DNA from: Candidatus Eiseniibacteriota bacterium
Lineage (GTDB): Bacteria; Eisenbacteria; RBG-16-71-46
Assembly (NCBI GenBank): GCA_031370785.1
Contig: JANMQY010000018.1
Location: 1 to 40,809, forward strand
Direction: 5' to 3'
Length of the DNA stretch: 40,809 bases
Shown one piece after another: positions 10,855 through 19,978 of the stretch (its first letter is position 1; every line of letters begins with the position of its first letter). A model generated the notes under the pieces. That model was not told where the DNA came from and ran no database searches. It worked only from the letters and a program-made list of their open reading frames with translations. The translations under genes were made by a program, and so were the position numbers.

Positions 10855-12513
10855 TTGCCCCTGTTCTCGGCCCTGCTGCGCTGGGGCCATCATCGCGAGT
10901 ACAACCGCGGCATGCTGCATTTCAACCGCGGCGAGTTCGCGCTCGCGGCGGAGTGCTTCGAAGCCGTGCTGCGCGAAGTGCGCGACCCGGATGATCCGGA
11001 TCACAGTCTGGCGAGCTGCTACGCGGCCGAGGCTCGCGCGCGGCTCGGGCTCGCGTTCTTCCACGCGGCCCAGTATCCGCGCGCCGAGGCCGAGTTCACG
11101 CGCGCCCTGGAAGAATCCCCGTCGTTCCCCGACCTGCGCTATTACCGGGCGCGAATCTACGAGCGCTCAGGGCGCGCGCGCGAGGCGCTGGCTGACCTGG
11201 ATCGCGCGCTCGCCGATCAACCGCGCTACACCGAGGCGTACCTGCTGAAAGCGGTGTGTCACAGCGAGGTCGATGAGCCCGAGGCGTCCGTGGCCGCGCT
11301 GACCCGCGCCCTCGAGCTCGGCTTCGCGCTGCCGCCGGGCATGAAAGCCGGGCACACGGCCGACTGGAGCCGCACCGACTGGGCGCACCTGGTGGGCCCG
11401 CTCGAGAGGGCCGCGGGCGGGGCCTCGGCGCTCGATCGCGCGCTCGAGCGCCATCATGCTGGCGACGCCGAGGGTGCGCTCGAGGAGATGGACCGCGCGG
11501 TGGGTGAGCGTCCTTCCTATGCCGACCTGCGCTGCCGCTACGGCGGTCTGCTGCTCGAGGCCGGGCGCATCGACGATGCGCTGGTCCAGATCGAAGCCGC
11601 GCTGCGCATCAATCCCCGCTACCTCGAGGCCCGCATGCTCGCGGCCCGCGCGCGCCTCGAGCAGGGCGAGGCGCTAGTCGCGATTCCGCATCTGGAGGCC
11701 GCGCTCGAAGCCTATCCCGACTATCCCGATCTGCACTTCTGGCTTGGACTCGCGCGATTCCGCGCCGGACAGCTCGCGGCCGCGATCGCACCGCTCGAGC
11801 GCGCGGTCGATCTCAATCGCCAGTTCGCGCGCGCCCAGCGCCTGCTCGGACTGCTCTACCATGCGCTGGGCCGTCCCCAGGACGCGTTGCGTGCAGTGCG
11901 GCGCGGCATGATCCGCGATCGCGAGCTGGTGCGGGTCGCGATGGAGACCGCGCCGATGCTGGCCGCGCTCGGAGATCCCTCGGGCGCCGAGCAGGAGCTG
12001 GTGCGCGCGGTCGCGGTGCAGCCCGACTACCCCGATCTGCATGTGGCGCTGGCCCGCGCGCGGCGCCTGCGCGGTGCGCTGGAAGAGGCGCGGCACGCCT
12101 ATTACGCGGCGCTCGCGCTCAAGCCCGACTACGCCCCCGCCGCGCTCGAGCTGGGCGCGCTCGAGCTGATTCTCGGGCGCCCGCAGGCCACCGAGGAGCT
12201 GGTGGTCAGGCTGGTCGAGCGCCGCCCCGACTGGCCCGACGCGCAGGCACTGCTCGGGCGCACCCGACTGCAGCTCGGAGACCCGTGGTCGGCCGAAGCT
12301 CCGCTGCGCGCCGCGCTCGCGCGCAATCCCGGACTGGGCGCGGCCCATGCCGATCTCGGCTGGGCACTGCTCGGCCTCGGCCGCACCGCCGAGGCCGACG
12401 CGTCGTTCGAGCGCGCGGTCGCGCTCGACCCGTCGCTGGCGCTCGCGAGGCGCCAGCTCGCGTGGCGCGAGCTGCTCGCGCCCGGGACCGGCTCGGCCTC
12501 GATCGGGGAATGA
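10855..12513 (+). CDS. multi-TPR repeat protein
   Basis: repeated TPR-like units (FPDLRYY, YADLRC, YPDYPDLH, QPDYPDLH, NPRYLEAR); TTG start chosen after GAGGT, start uncertain. Confidence 0.8.
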   Translation: MPLFSALLRWGHHREYNRGMLHFNRGEFALAAECFEAVLREVRDPDDPDHSLASCYAAEARARLGLAFFHAAQYPRAEAEFTRALEESPSFPDLRYYRARIYERSGRAREALADLDRALADQPRYTEAYLLKAVCHSEVDEPEASVAALTRALELGFALPPGMKAGHTADWSRTDWAHLVGPLERAAGGASALDRALERHHAGDAEGALEEMDRAVGERPSYADLRCRYGGLLLEAGRIDDALVQIEAALRINPRYLEARMLAARARLEQGEALVAIPHLEAALEAYPDYPDLHFWLGLARFRAGQLAAAIAPLERAVDLNRQFARAQRLLGLLYHALGRPQDALRAVRRGMIRDRELVRVAMETAPMLAALGDPSGAEQELVRAVAVQPDYPDLHVALARARRLRGALEEARHAYYAALALKPDYAPAALELGALELILGRPQATEELVVRLVERRPDWPDAQALLGRTRLQLGDPWSAEAPLRAALARNPGLGAAHADLGWALLGLGRTAEADASFERAVALDPSLALARRQLAWRELLAPGTGSASIGE

Positions 12514-12570
12514 AGAACGCGGCCCCGAGATGCGGAGCCGCGTATCACCGATGCGAAGTGTGGCGCGAGA

Positions 12571-12789
12571 TCAGGCGGTGGCCAGGCTCCGCCGGCCGCG
12601 CACGGCCTTGACCACCTTGTTGCCGCGCAGGCAGCGCGTGCACACGTTGATGTTCTTGACCTGGCCCTCGACCAGCGCGCGCACGCGCTGCAGGTTCGGA
12701 TTGAAGATCCGCTTGCTGACATTGTTGGCATGACTCACGGTCTGGCCGAACATGGGTCCCTTGCCGCAGACGTGACAGCGCTGAGCCAA
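12571..12789 (-). CDS. rpmB: 50S ribosomal protein L28
   Basis: MAQRCHVCGKGPMFGQTVSHANNVSKRIFNPNLQ...VCTRCLR; TTG start preceded by AAGGAGG. Confidence 0.95.
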   Translation of the reverse strand: MAQRCHVCGKGPMFGQTVSHANNVSKRIFNPNLQRVRALVEGQVKNINVCTRCLRGNKVVKAVRGRRSLATA

Positions 12790-12857
12790 GACATCCTCCT
12801 TATGGATTGCGCCGCGGCCCGAGAGGGCGCGGAGGTGGTTCCGTTGCGAGGCCGGGG

Positions 12858-12887
12858 ACAATACCAGCCGGCGTGGGGGCACGACAA
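12858..12887 (-). promoter_or_regulatory. sigma70-type promoter for rpmB
   Basis: minus strand TTGTCG-N18-TATTGT with an extended -10 TG. Confidence 0.5.
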
Positions 12888-12951
12888 GCGTGGAATCGGA
12901 ACGCACGGGTCGCGCGGCCAGTTGAGGCGGCCGACCCGCAACTGTCCCCCT

Positions 12952-12975
12952 GCAACTCGCTCCAGAGCGAGTTGC
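12952..12975. repeat. perfect inverted repeat in the rpmB/recG divergent intergenic region
   Basis: GCAACTCGCTC-CA-GAGCGAGTTGC (11-bp arms). Confidence 0.8.
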
Positions 12976-13073
12976 CTGATCCGTCGAGGGTGGGAGAGAG
13001 TGTTCGCCCTGCGACGTGAAGACCTCGTTGCAGGCATCTTGCACCTTGTCCTGATCGAGCAGCCAACTACTCC

Positions 13074-15212
13074 ATGGCCACCCCTGGCCGACCCCAATCC
13101 CGGATGACAGTGACCACACGCTCCGAACCCGCCCATCGCCGCGCCGAGCCCGGCTCCCGCCTCCAGTTCCTGTCCGGGGTCGGGCCGCAGCGTGCGCTGC
13201 TGTTCGAGCGACTCGAGCTCACCACCGTCGACCAGCTGCTGCGCCACTACCCGCGCACCTGGCTCGACGCACGGCGCTTCGTGAAGATCGCCGAGCTTGA
13301 CCCCGGGCGACTGCTCACCGTGCGCGGCACGGTCAAGCATGCCGCGCTGCTTCGAACGCGCGCCGGACGTACCGACTTCACGGTCACTCTGAACGACGGC
13401 ACCGGCACGCTCGGCTGCTATTTCTTCGGCCAGCCTTTCCTCTCGCGGTCGCTCAAGCCCGGTGTCGAGGTGGTGGTGAGCGGCGAGATCGACGCGCTCG
13501 AGCGCCGCATGCTCAATCCGATGCACGAGGTTCTGGAGGGCGACGTCGCCGAGCTCCTGCACGTGGGCAGGCTGGTGCCGGTCCACGCGCTGACCAGGGG
13601 CCTGAGCGCGAAGCTCATGCGCCGCGCGATGCGCGTCGCGCTCGAAGACACAGCGGATCGGGTGAGCGATCCGGTTCCTCTGGAAGTGGCAGAGGCGCAG
13701 GGCTTCGGTTCCCTGGGCGAGGCGCTGCGCGCCATCCATTTCCCAGAAAGCGATGCCGAGCGGGCCGAGGCGAGGCGGCGGCTCGCGTTCGAAGAGCTGT
13801 TCCTGCTCCAGACCGTGCTCGAGATGCGCCGCCACCTGGTCGAGAGCGGAGGGCGCGGGCGCGCGCACCCGGCGGGAGGCGCGCTGGTGGCACGCGCGCG
13901 CGAGGCGCTGCCGTGGGCGCTGACTGAGGATCAGGCGACCGCGCTCGGCGAGATTGCCGCCGATCTGGCGCGCGATTCTCCCATGCACCGCATGCTGCTC
14001 GGCGATGTGGGAAGCGGCAAGACGGTGGTGGCGTTTCTCGCCGCGCTGCAGGTGATCGAGGCGGGCCATCAGGTCGCGTTCATGGTGCCGACCGAGATTC
14101 TCGCGCGCCAGCACGGCGTCACTCTGGCGCGGCTCGCAGAGAGCGTCGACATCCCGGTCGCGGTCGTGACCGGCAGCACCTCCGCCGCCGAGCGTCGCGC
14201 GCTTCAGGTGCGGCTCGATGCCGGGGAACCGATGCTGGTCGCGGGCACGCACGCGCTGCTCGAGGACAAGGTCTCCTTCCCCGACCTGGGCCTTGCGATC
14301 GTGGACGAGCAGCACCGCTTCGGCGTCAAGCAGCGCGCGACGCTCGCGAAGAAAGGCGTGATCCCGGACCTGCTGGTGCTGACCGCCACTCCCATTCCGC
14401 GTTCGCTCGCGCTCGCGCTCTACGGCGATCTCGACGTGAGTCGCCTGCGCGAGCGGCCCGCCGGGCGCGGGCGACTGGTCACGCGCGTGACCGGCGAGGA
14501 GAAGTTCCCGCAGGTGATCGATTTCATGGCGGAGGAGCTGGCGGCCGGGCACCAGGCCTACGTGGTGCTGCCCGCGATCGAAGAGGGCGGGCGTCCCGAC
14601 GTGCGCGCGGCCGAAGCCGAGTTCCGGCGCCTGAGCGCGCAGCCGCGCCTCAAGCCGTACCGGCTCGAGCTGCTGCACGGTCGCCTCAAGTCCGAGGAGA
14701 AGCGCGCGGCGATGGAGGCGTTCGCCTCGGGCGCCGCCTCGGTGCTGGTGACCACCACTGTGATCGAGGTCGGCATCGACGTTCCGAGCGCGACGCTCAT
14801 GGTGGTCGAGAACGCCGAGCGCTTCGGCCTGAGTCAGCTGCATCAGCTGCGCGGCCGGGTCGGGCGCGGGGCGAACCGCTCGGTGTGCGTGCTGGTCGCA
14901 GGGCCGGCCCTGACCGCTAATGGACGCGCCCGGCTCGAGGTGCTGGCGCGCACCAGTGATGGGTTCGAGATCGCCGAGGAGGATCTCCGGCTACGGGGCC
15001 CAGGAGAGATGTGGGGCACCGCACAGAGTGGGCTGCCGCGGCTTCGGCTTGCGGATCTGGCGCTCGATCACGACCTGCTCGAGCTGGCCCAGGCGAGCGC
15101 ACGCAGCGTGCTCTCGGAGGACGTCGAGCTGAGGCTACCTGAGCATGCGCCTTTGCGTGCCGCGCTCCTCGCCCAGTATGCCGCCGCGCTCGAAATGCTG
15201 CTCTCCGGATAA
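13074..15212 (+). CDS. recG: ATP-dependent DNA helicase RecG
   Basis: wedge/OB N-terminus, RRLAFEELF, GDVGSGKT, DEQHRFG, TATPIPR, QLRGRVGR and DLRLRGPGE; alternative start at 13104. Confidence 0.96.
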   Translation: MATPGRPQSRMTVTTRSEPAHRRAEPGSRLQFLSGVGPQRALLFERLELTTVDQLLRHYPRTWLDARRFVKIAELDPGRLLTVRGTVKHAALLRTRAGRTDFTVTLNDGTGTLGCYFFGQPFLSRSLKPGVEVVVSGEIDALERRMLNPMHEVLEGDVAELLHVGRLVPVHALTRGLSAKLMRRAMRVALEDTADRVSDPVPLEVAEAQGFGSLGEALRAIHFPESDAERAEARRRLAFEELFLLQTVLEMRRHLVESGGRGRAHPAGGALVARAREALPWALTEDQATALGEIAADLARDSPMHRMLLGDVGSGKTVVAFLAALQVIEAGHQVAFMVPTEILARQHGVTLARLAESVDIPVAVVTGSTSAAERRALQVRLDAGEPMLVAGTHALLEDKVSFPDLGLAIVDEQHRFGVKQRATLAKKGVIPDLLVLTATPIPRSLALALYGDLDVSRLRERPAGRGRLVTRVTGEEKFPQVIDFMAEELAAGHQAYVVLPAIEEGGRPDVRAAEAEFRRLSAQPRLKPYRLELLHGRLKSEEKRAAMEAFASGAASVLVTTTVIEVGIDVPSATLMVVENAERFGLSQLHQLRGRVGRGANRSVCVLVAGPALTANGRARLEVLARTSDGFEIAEEDLRLRGPGEMWGTAQSGLPRLRLADLALDHDLLELAQASARSVLSEDVELRLPEHAPLRAALLAQYAAALEMLLSG

Positions 15213-15252
15213 TCCGGATGCACTACGAACCTTCTTGCGGCATTATGCGGCC

Positions 15253-15831
15253 ATGAACTCCGAAGCTGCCCAGCCGGTCACCTGCCCCCACTGCGCGGCG
15301 CGCTACCTGCTGCCCGCCCAGCTGGTCGGGCCGGGAGGCGCCCGCATCACCTGTCCGTCGTGCCAGAGGACCTTCATGGTTCCGCCCGGCGTCGCGGTCC
15401 CGAGCGAACGGCTTTCACGCGGTGCCGATGAGGGCGATGAGGAATCCGAGCAACCCGCGGGAGCGCCGCAGAGACCCGACCGGATCGACCCGGTCGCGCT
15501 TCCACCCAGCGCTGCCACACCGGTCGAGGCGCGGACGCCCGCGCGACCGGCCGCCGCGCCGACCTCCGCGCCGGCACCCGCGGCTGCGATGTCGCCAGAG
15601 GAGATCGCACGCGAGGTGGTGGGAGGGCTGGCCGAGCGGCACGGCGATGCGATCCTGGCCGCGAACTCCGCGGGAAACCTGTTCGCCGAATGCGGGATCC
15701 ACATCATGGGCGCCTACGACGACTACCGGCGTCGCGCGGGGAGCGCGGCCGGTGCGGTGCCGTTCCGCAACGCGCTGCGCGAGCAACTCGGCGTCGAGCT
15801 TCCGGAAGGCACCGAACGCGCAAGGCGCTGA
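15253..15831 (+). CDS. zinc-ribbon (MJ0042-like finger) domain protein with Pro/Ala linker
   Basis: VTCPHCAARY...ITCPSCQRTF; low-complexity linker; helical C-terminal domain. Confidence 0.75.
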   Translation: MNSEAAQPVTCPHCAARYLLPAQLVGPGGARITCPSCQRTFMVPPGVAVPSERLSRGADEGDEESEQPAGAPQRPDRIDPVALPPSAATPVEARTPARPAAAPTSAPAPAAAMSPEEIAREVVGGLAERHGDAILAANSAGNLFAECGIHIMGAYDDYRRRAGSAAGAVPFRNALREQLGVELPEGTERARR

Positions 15832-15876
15832 CGTCAGCTTTCGGGCGTTGACCCTTTGAGCTCCGGGGCGTTGACC

Positions 15877-17145
15877 TCAGTTTCCGGGCGCCACCTTCAT
15901 CAGCCGTGGCGAGCGCCGTCCCCAGGCCAGCGCGAGTAGCCCCGCAGCCGCGACGATGCCGGCCGCGGTGAGCAGGGCGGGCATGGTTCCGTAGGCGCGG
16001 GTGAGCCATCCCGCCATCGTCACCGCGATCAGGAACAGCAGGCGCATCAGGAAGTCACGCATGCTGAACACGCGCCCGCGCTGGTGCAGCTCGGTGCCCT
16101 GCTGGAGCAGGGTCTCCGAGAGCATGAACGACGGCGCCGCGGCGAGCCCGATCACGAACGCCGCCGCCGCGAACACTGCGAACCGGCTCGACACCGCGAA
16201 CGCGACCAGTCCCAGACCCACGACCAGCAGGCCGACGCCGAGCAGGACCGGGCGCGGAAAGACGCGCCCCGGCCCATTGACCCACCACGTGCCGAGCCCG
16301 CTGCCCAGCCCGAGCGCGCACATCAGAAGGCCGAGGCGCTCCATGCCCGGCACGCTCGCGGTGCGCTGGATGTGCAGATTGCCGGCCACGTGGAGAAAAC
16401 CGCCGCCCAGCCACACCGCGCCGAGCGCGGTCAGCGCCAGCCCGACGTGAGCGTTCCGGCCCACGGTCTTCATGCCCTCGCCGACTTCGGTCAGGTACTG
16501 CCGCCAGCTGATCTCGGGAAGCATCGCGCGATGCGCCGAGGGGCGATAGGCGAGCAGGGCCAGACTCACCACCGAAACGAGGTAGGTGATGCCGTCGAGC
16601 CGCAATGCGGCGGGCCAGCCCCAGTGGTCCACGACCCAGCCGCCGACCAGCGCGCCGATCGCGGTCGCGATCACGCCCGCCACCGAGAGCAGCGCGTTGG
16701 CCGCGAGCAGTTGCGGCGCGCTCACGATCTCTGGCGTGATCGCGCTCTTGGCGGGCAGGAAGAACACATTGCAGGTGAACAGCGCGAACACCAGCACGAA
16801 CACCGGCAGGGTGTGGTGCGAGACCGCGTAGAGCACCGGAATCAGGAACACGATCCCGGCGCGCGCCAGGTCGGAAATGATCAGCAGGCGCTTGAGATTC
16901 CAGCGGTCCACCCAGGCGCCGGCGAACGGCGAGAACAGCAGCACCGGAGCGAGCATCACGTTGGCGAGAATCGAGAGCAGGAGAGAGGAGCGGGCGTCCT
17001 GGAACTCGCTGGTGTGCTGCGCGAGCAGTCCGACCAGCGCGAGATAGGTGAGGCGATCGCCGAGGATCGAGATGAGCTGACCCGACCACAGCGCGGCGAA
17101 GCTGCGCTGAGCGAAAAGTGGCGTCTCGCGGGCCCCGGACGCCAT
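15877..17145 (-). CDS. MFS transporter (DHA3/macrolide-efflux or LplT-like)
   Basis: multiple hydrophobic helices; LWSGQLISILGD, GAWVDRWNLK (motif A-like) and QRGRVFS. Confidence 0.85.
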   Translation of the reverse strand: MASGARETPLFAQRSFAALWSGQLISILGDRLTYLALVGLLAQHTSEFQDARSSLLLSILANVMLAPVLLFSPFAGAWVDRWNLKRLLIISDLARAGIVFLIPVLYAVSHHTLPVFVLVFALFTCNVFFLPAKSAITPEIVSAPQLLAANALLSVAGVIATAIGALVGGWVVDHWGWPAALRLDGITYLVSVVSLALLAYRPSAHRAMLPEISWRQYLTEVGEGMKTVGRNAHVGLALTALGAVWLGGGFLHVAGNLHIQRTASVPGMERLGLLMCALGLGSGLGTWWVNGPGRVFPRPVLLGVGLLVVGLGLVAFAVSSRFAVFAAAAFVIGLAAAPSFMLSETLLQQGTELHQRGRVFSMRDFLMRLLFLIAVTMAGWLTRAYGTMPALLTAAGIVAAAGLLALAWGRRSPRLMKVAPGN

Positions 17146-17153
17146 CCGGCGCC

Positions 17154-18296
17154 TCAGGCCGCGGGTTGAACCGCGCCGCGGCGGGCCAGCACGTTCCGAT
17201 AGACCGACTCGATCCGATCGGTGACGCGCGGCCATGCGAACTCGAGAGCGCGAGCGCGACCTCGTCCTGCGATCAACCCGCGCCGCTCGGGATCTTCCAC
17301 CAGCCGGACCAGCGTTGTGGTCAGCGCCTCGAGGTTCCCGGGCGGGAACACGACGCCGTTCACCTCGGGCGTCACCACCGAGCGATAGCCCGGGATGTCC
17401 GAGGCCACCACGACGCGGTTCGCGGCCATGGCCTCGATCAGCACGATGCCGAAGCTCTCGTTGCCCGAGGCCGGCGAGACGAAAATGTCGCCGGTCGCAT
17501 ACCAGCGCGGCAGATCCTTGCCCGACACGTGACCGAGGAAGTGCACGTGATCGCGCGCCGCGGGGCTGACCGAGGCTTCGAAGCGCGAGCGCAGGTAGGA
17601 ATCCCCGACGATCAGCAGGCGCGCGCGGCCGCCGGTGCGCCTCACCACTTCGGGCATGCACTGGATGAGCAGGTCCACGCCCTTGCGCGGATCGAGGCGT
17701 CCGACAAACAGCAGGTTCACCCGCTCCGGATCGCGCCACTCTTCGTAGGGAGCGACCTGCGGATGGAAGCGATCCACGTCCACGCCGTTCGGGATGACGT
17801 GGTAACGGCCCGGGTAGTACATCGCGGCCGATTCCTCGGCGGTCGGCGAGACCGCGATGCGCGCGTCGAGCTTCTCGACCACGCGACGCAGGTAACCCTG
17901 GAAAGTGTCCTGCAGGAAGCTGCGCGGCGCGGTGGTGTGAAAGGTCGCCACCTGGCGGCAGGTCGCGGTCTGGATCGCGATCACCGGCAGGCTCGGCGAG
18001 GTCGGACAATGCGTGTGCACCAGATCGAACTCGTGGCGCCGGAACACCGCCTTGAGCTCGGCGCGCAGGTTCATGCCGACCGTGAAGTCGACGAACGCGC
18101 GATTGAACGGGATCAGCAGGTTGTGCCCGACGCGCTCGAGTCCGGCGGCGGTGATGCTCTCGCCCGAGCGGAAGCGGCTGGTGATGATCGTCACCTCGTG
18201 GCCGCGCCGGCGCAATTCGAGCGCGGTGTGGTGAACGTGCTCCGTGACGCCCCCGTACCGCGGGTAGTAGGACTGCGAGACGATTCCGATCTTCAC
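17154..18296 (-). CDS. GT4 glycosyltransferase, PimA-like
   Basis: KIGIVS..GGVTEHV, VIPNGVD, FVGRLDPRKG, ESFGIVLIEAMAA and ASDIPGY; GTGA overlap with the acyltransferase stop. Confidence 0.85.
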   Translation of the reverse strand: MKIGIVSQSYYPRYGGVTEHVHHTALELRRRGHEVTIITSRFRSGESITAAGLERVGHNLLIPFNRAFVDFTVGMNLRAELKAVFRRHEFDLVHTHCPTSPSLPVIAIQTATCRQVATFHTTAPRSFLQDTFQGYLRRVVEKLDARIAVSPTAEESAAMYYPGRYHVIPNGVDVDRFHPQVAPYEEWRDPERVNLLFVGRLDPRKGVDLLIQCMPEVVRRTGGRARLLIVGDSYLRSRFEASVSPAARDHVHFLGHVSGKDLPRWYATGDIFVSPASGNESFGIVLIEAMAANRVVVASDIPGYRSVVTPEVNGVVFPPGNLEALTTTLVRLVEDPERRGLIAGRGRARALEFAWPRVTDRIESVYRNVLARRGAVQPAA

Positions 18297-19186
18297 GCTT
18301 CGACGCTCCGCCCCTCGGCCGCGAGCGAAGGCTCGGGCTGGGGAGCGCCCTCCCACATCGGGCGGAAGATGCACCACTGATCGAGGTGCGAGCGGATGTG
18401 GCTTTCGACGGTGGCGGCAACCGCGCCGTTCAGCGCGCCGACGGTCGGAAAGTTCGCGGGATCGAGTGCCTGCTCCATCACGAGGCGGAACCGTCCCGGG
18501 CCGAGCCGCTGGCAATAGCCGCAGATGATGAGCGCCCCGGTCCGCTGCGCGAGCATTCCGGGGCCGGGGGGGAAGGGCGTCTCGCGGCCGAAGAACTCGA
18601 CTGGGACCCCCTGGCTGTACATGTCTCCGTCCACCATCAGCGCCACCAGATCGTTGTGGTCGAGCGCGCGCAGAAGTTTCCGGAAGCCGTCTTCGGGCGC
18701 GATCGTGTGGATCGCAAGCTCGGTCTTGGTGTCGCGCACCGCCGGGGTGAGCCAGCGGCTCAGCTGAACTCCGGCGACCGCGTGCAGCGTGTAGCCCCAG
18801 TGCGCGAGCAACACCGCTCCCAGCTCCCAGTTTCCGATGTGGGTCGACGCGAGAATGACGCCGCGCCCGCGGGCCACCGCCTGCTCGAGATGCTCGCGCC
18901 CGACCACCTCGACCGAGCGCAATAGTTCGCTGCGGGTCAGGTGCGGCAGGCGGAAGAATTCGAAGAGCATGCAGTTGTAGCTGTGCATCATGCGGCGCAC
19001 GATCTGCAGGCGCTCGCGGCGCGTGGCGCGTGGCATGGCGACGGCCAGATTGGCGAGCGCGGCGTGTCGCCGGTCGGGGAAAAGGCGGAAGTGAATCTCG
19101 GTCGCGAGGCCCGCGATCAGGTACCCGAGCGTGAGCGGCAGGCTTGCCATGAGCGCGGTCAGCCAGCCGAAAATGAGTCGAGACAT
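18293..19186 (-). CDS. lysophospholipid/lipid A-type acyltransferase (PatA/HtrB family)
   Basis: GRGVILASTHIGNWE, VEFFG and HLDQWCIFRPMW motifs. Confidence 0.85.
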   Translation of the reverse strand: MSRLIFGWLTALMASLPLTLGYLIAGLATEIHFRLFPDRRHAALANLAVAMPRATRRERLQIVRRMMHSYNCMLFEFFRLPHLTRSELLRSVEVVGREHLEQAVARGRGVILASTHIGNWELGAVLLAHWGYTLHAVAGVQLSRWLTPAVRDTKTELAIHTIAPEDGFRKLLRALDHNDLVALMVDGDMYSQGVPVEFFGRETPFPPGPGMLAQRTGALIICGYCQRLGPGRFRLVMEQALDPANFPTVGALNGAVAATVESHIRSHLDQWCIFRPMWEGAPQPEPSLAAEGRSVEA

Positions 19187-19190
19187 CCTG

Positions 19191-19212
19191 TTCCGAACTC
19201 CTTCCGAACTCC
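19191..19212 (-). repeat. 11-bp tandem repeat in the acyltransferase leader (GGA-rich on the mRNA)
   Basis: TTCCGAACTCC x2 on + strand; mRNA reads AGAGGAGUUCGGAAGGAGUUCGGAACAGGAUG. Confidence 0.75.
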
Positions 19213-19250
19213 TCTGTGGGCACCGCCCCACGGTGCGCAGCGTGCATGCG

Positions 19251-19280
19251 AAGCTACGGCCTCGTCCAAAAGCCTGTCAA
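19251..19280 (-). promoter_or_regulatory. sigma70-type promoter for the acyltransferase-GT-MFS operon
   Basis: minus strand TTGACA-N18-TAGCTT. Confidence 0.6.
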
Positions 19281-19347
19281 GCGGAGAGACCCCGGGTCCA
19301 AGGGGCCAAGGGCGCATCGCCGCAGGGAGTTGCGAGCGAAGCTGTCG

Positions 19348-19376
19348 TTGACCGTACCCCCTGTGCCGTCTAGGAT
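19348..19376 (+). promoter_or_regulatory. sigma70-type promoter for the 19425 ORF (divergent from the previous promoter)
   Basis: TTGACC-N17-TAGGAT. Confidence 0.65.
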
Positions 19377-19424
19377 GCGTGCATGGCTCAGTGACAGACG
19401 CCAGCCCCGCCTCGGAGGTACGCC

Positions 19425-19847
19425 ATGGCCAGTCAGAAACTCGTTCGTTGTGAGATTCGGCGCCGTGGCGTTGAAGGGCCCGGCTCCCCCCGGTTCATCC
19501 CGCTCGAGATCTTCGGGCTGTGGGAGTACCTCATGGCCACCAAGCACGACTTCGAGGTGGTCCAGTCGCGCGCCTCGCTGTGGCTCGACATGGAAGATTC
19601 CCCGGAGGCGGCCTACAGCGAGAACCAGTTCGATCGCGTGACCGAAGTGACCGCGTTCGTGTACTCGGGGCGGGACGACATGTTCACCAAGGCGTGCCGC
19701 TACTTCCGCAGCGAAGAGTGCCCGGAGCTCAAGAGCATCTTCCTCAAGCACTACAGCCCGGGCGACGGCCGCCCGCAGGCGCACGTGCGCGAGCGCCAGG
19801 GGATCTGGCTGCACCGCGAGCCAAGCACGGTCGAGTCGGTCGCCTGA
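19425..19847 (+). CDS. hypothetical protein (140 aa)
   Basis: GGAGGT SD, own promoter, GC3-rich codons, globular composition; no motif recognised. Confidence 0.8.
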   Translation: MASQKLVRCEIRRRGVEGPGSPRFIPLEIFGLWEYLMATKHDFEVVQSRASLWLDMEDSPEAAYSENQFDRVTEVTAFVYSGRDDMFTKACRYFRSEECPELKSIFLKHYSPGDGRPQAHVRERQGIWLHREPSTVESVA

Positions 19848-19950
19848 TCCGGCGCCCGGCCGCCCAGCCCCACCCCGAGGCATCCCCGACCGTTGCAACC
19901 CGGCCCGCCCGGCCCTTCCCTCGGCCCGGGTCATGTCCCCCTCTTTTCGA

Positions 19951-19978
19951 TCAAGCCCCGCTTCGACCGCGCCGATAG
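19951..19978 (+). promoter_or_regulatory. sigma28 (FliA/WhiG)-type promoter upstream of the mglA-like gene
   Basis: TCAAG-N15-GCCGATAG, same spacing as the promoter before csrA. Confidence 0.65.

Noticed and set aside
7312..14843. Long antisense ORFs (e.g. 7312-9327, 9454-11064, 12735-14843; also 24745-26394, 30288-32537, 38648-40282)
   Set aside because: Shadow frames of real genes in high-GC DNA; no motifs, and they fully overlap well-supported CDSs
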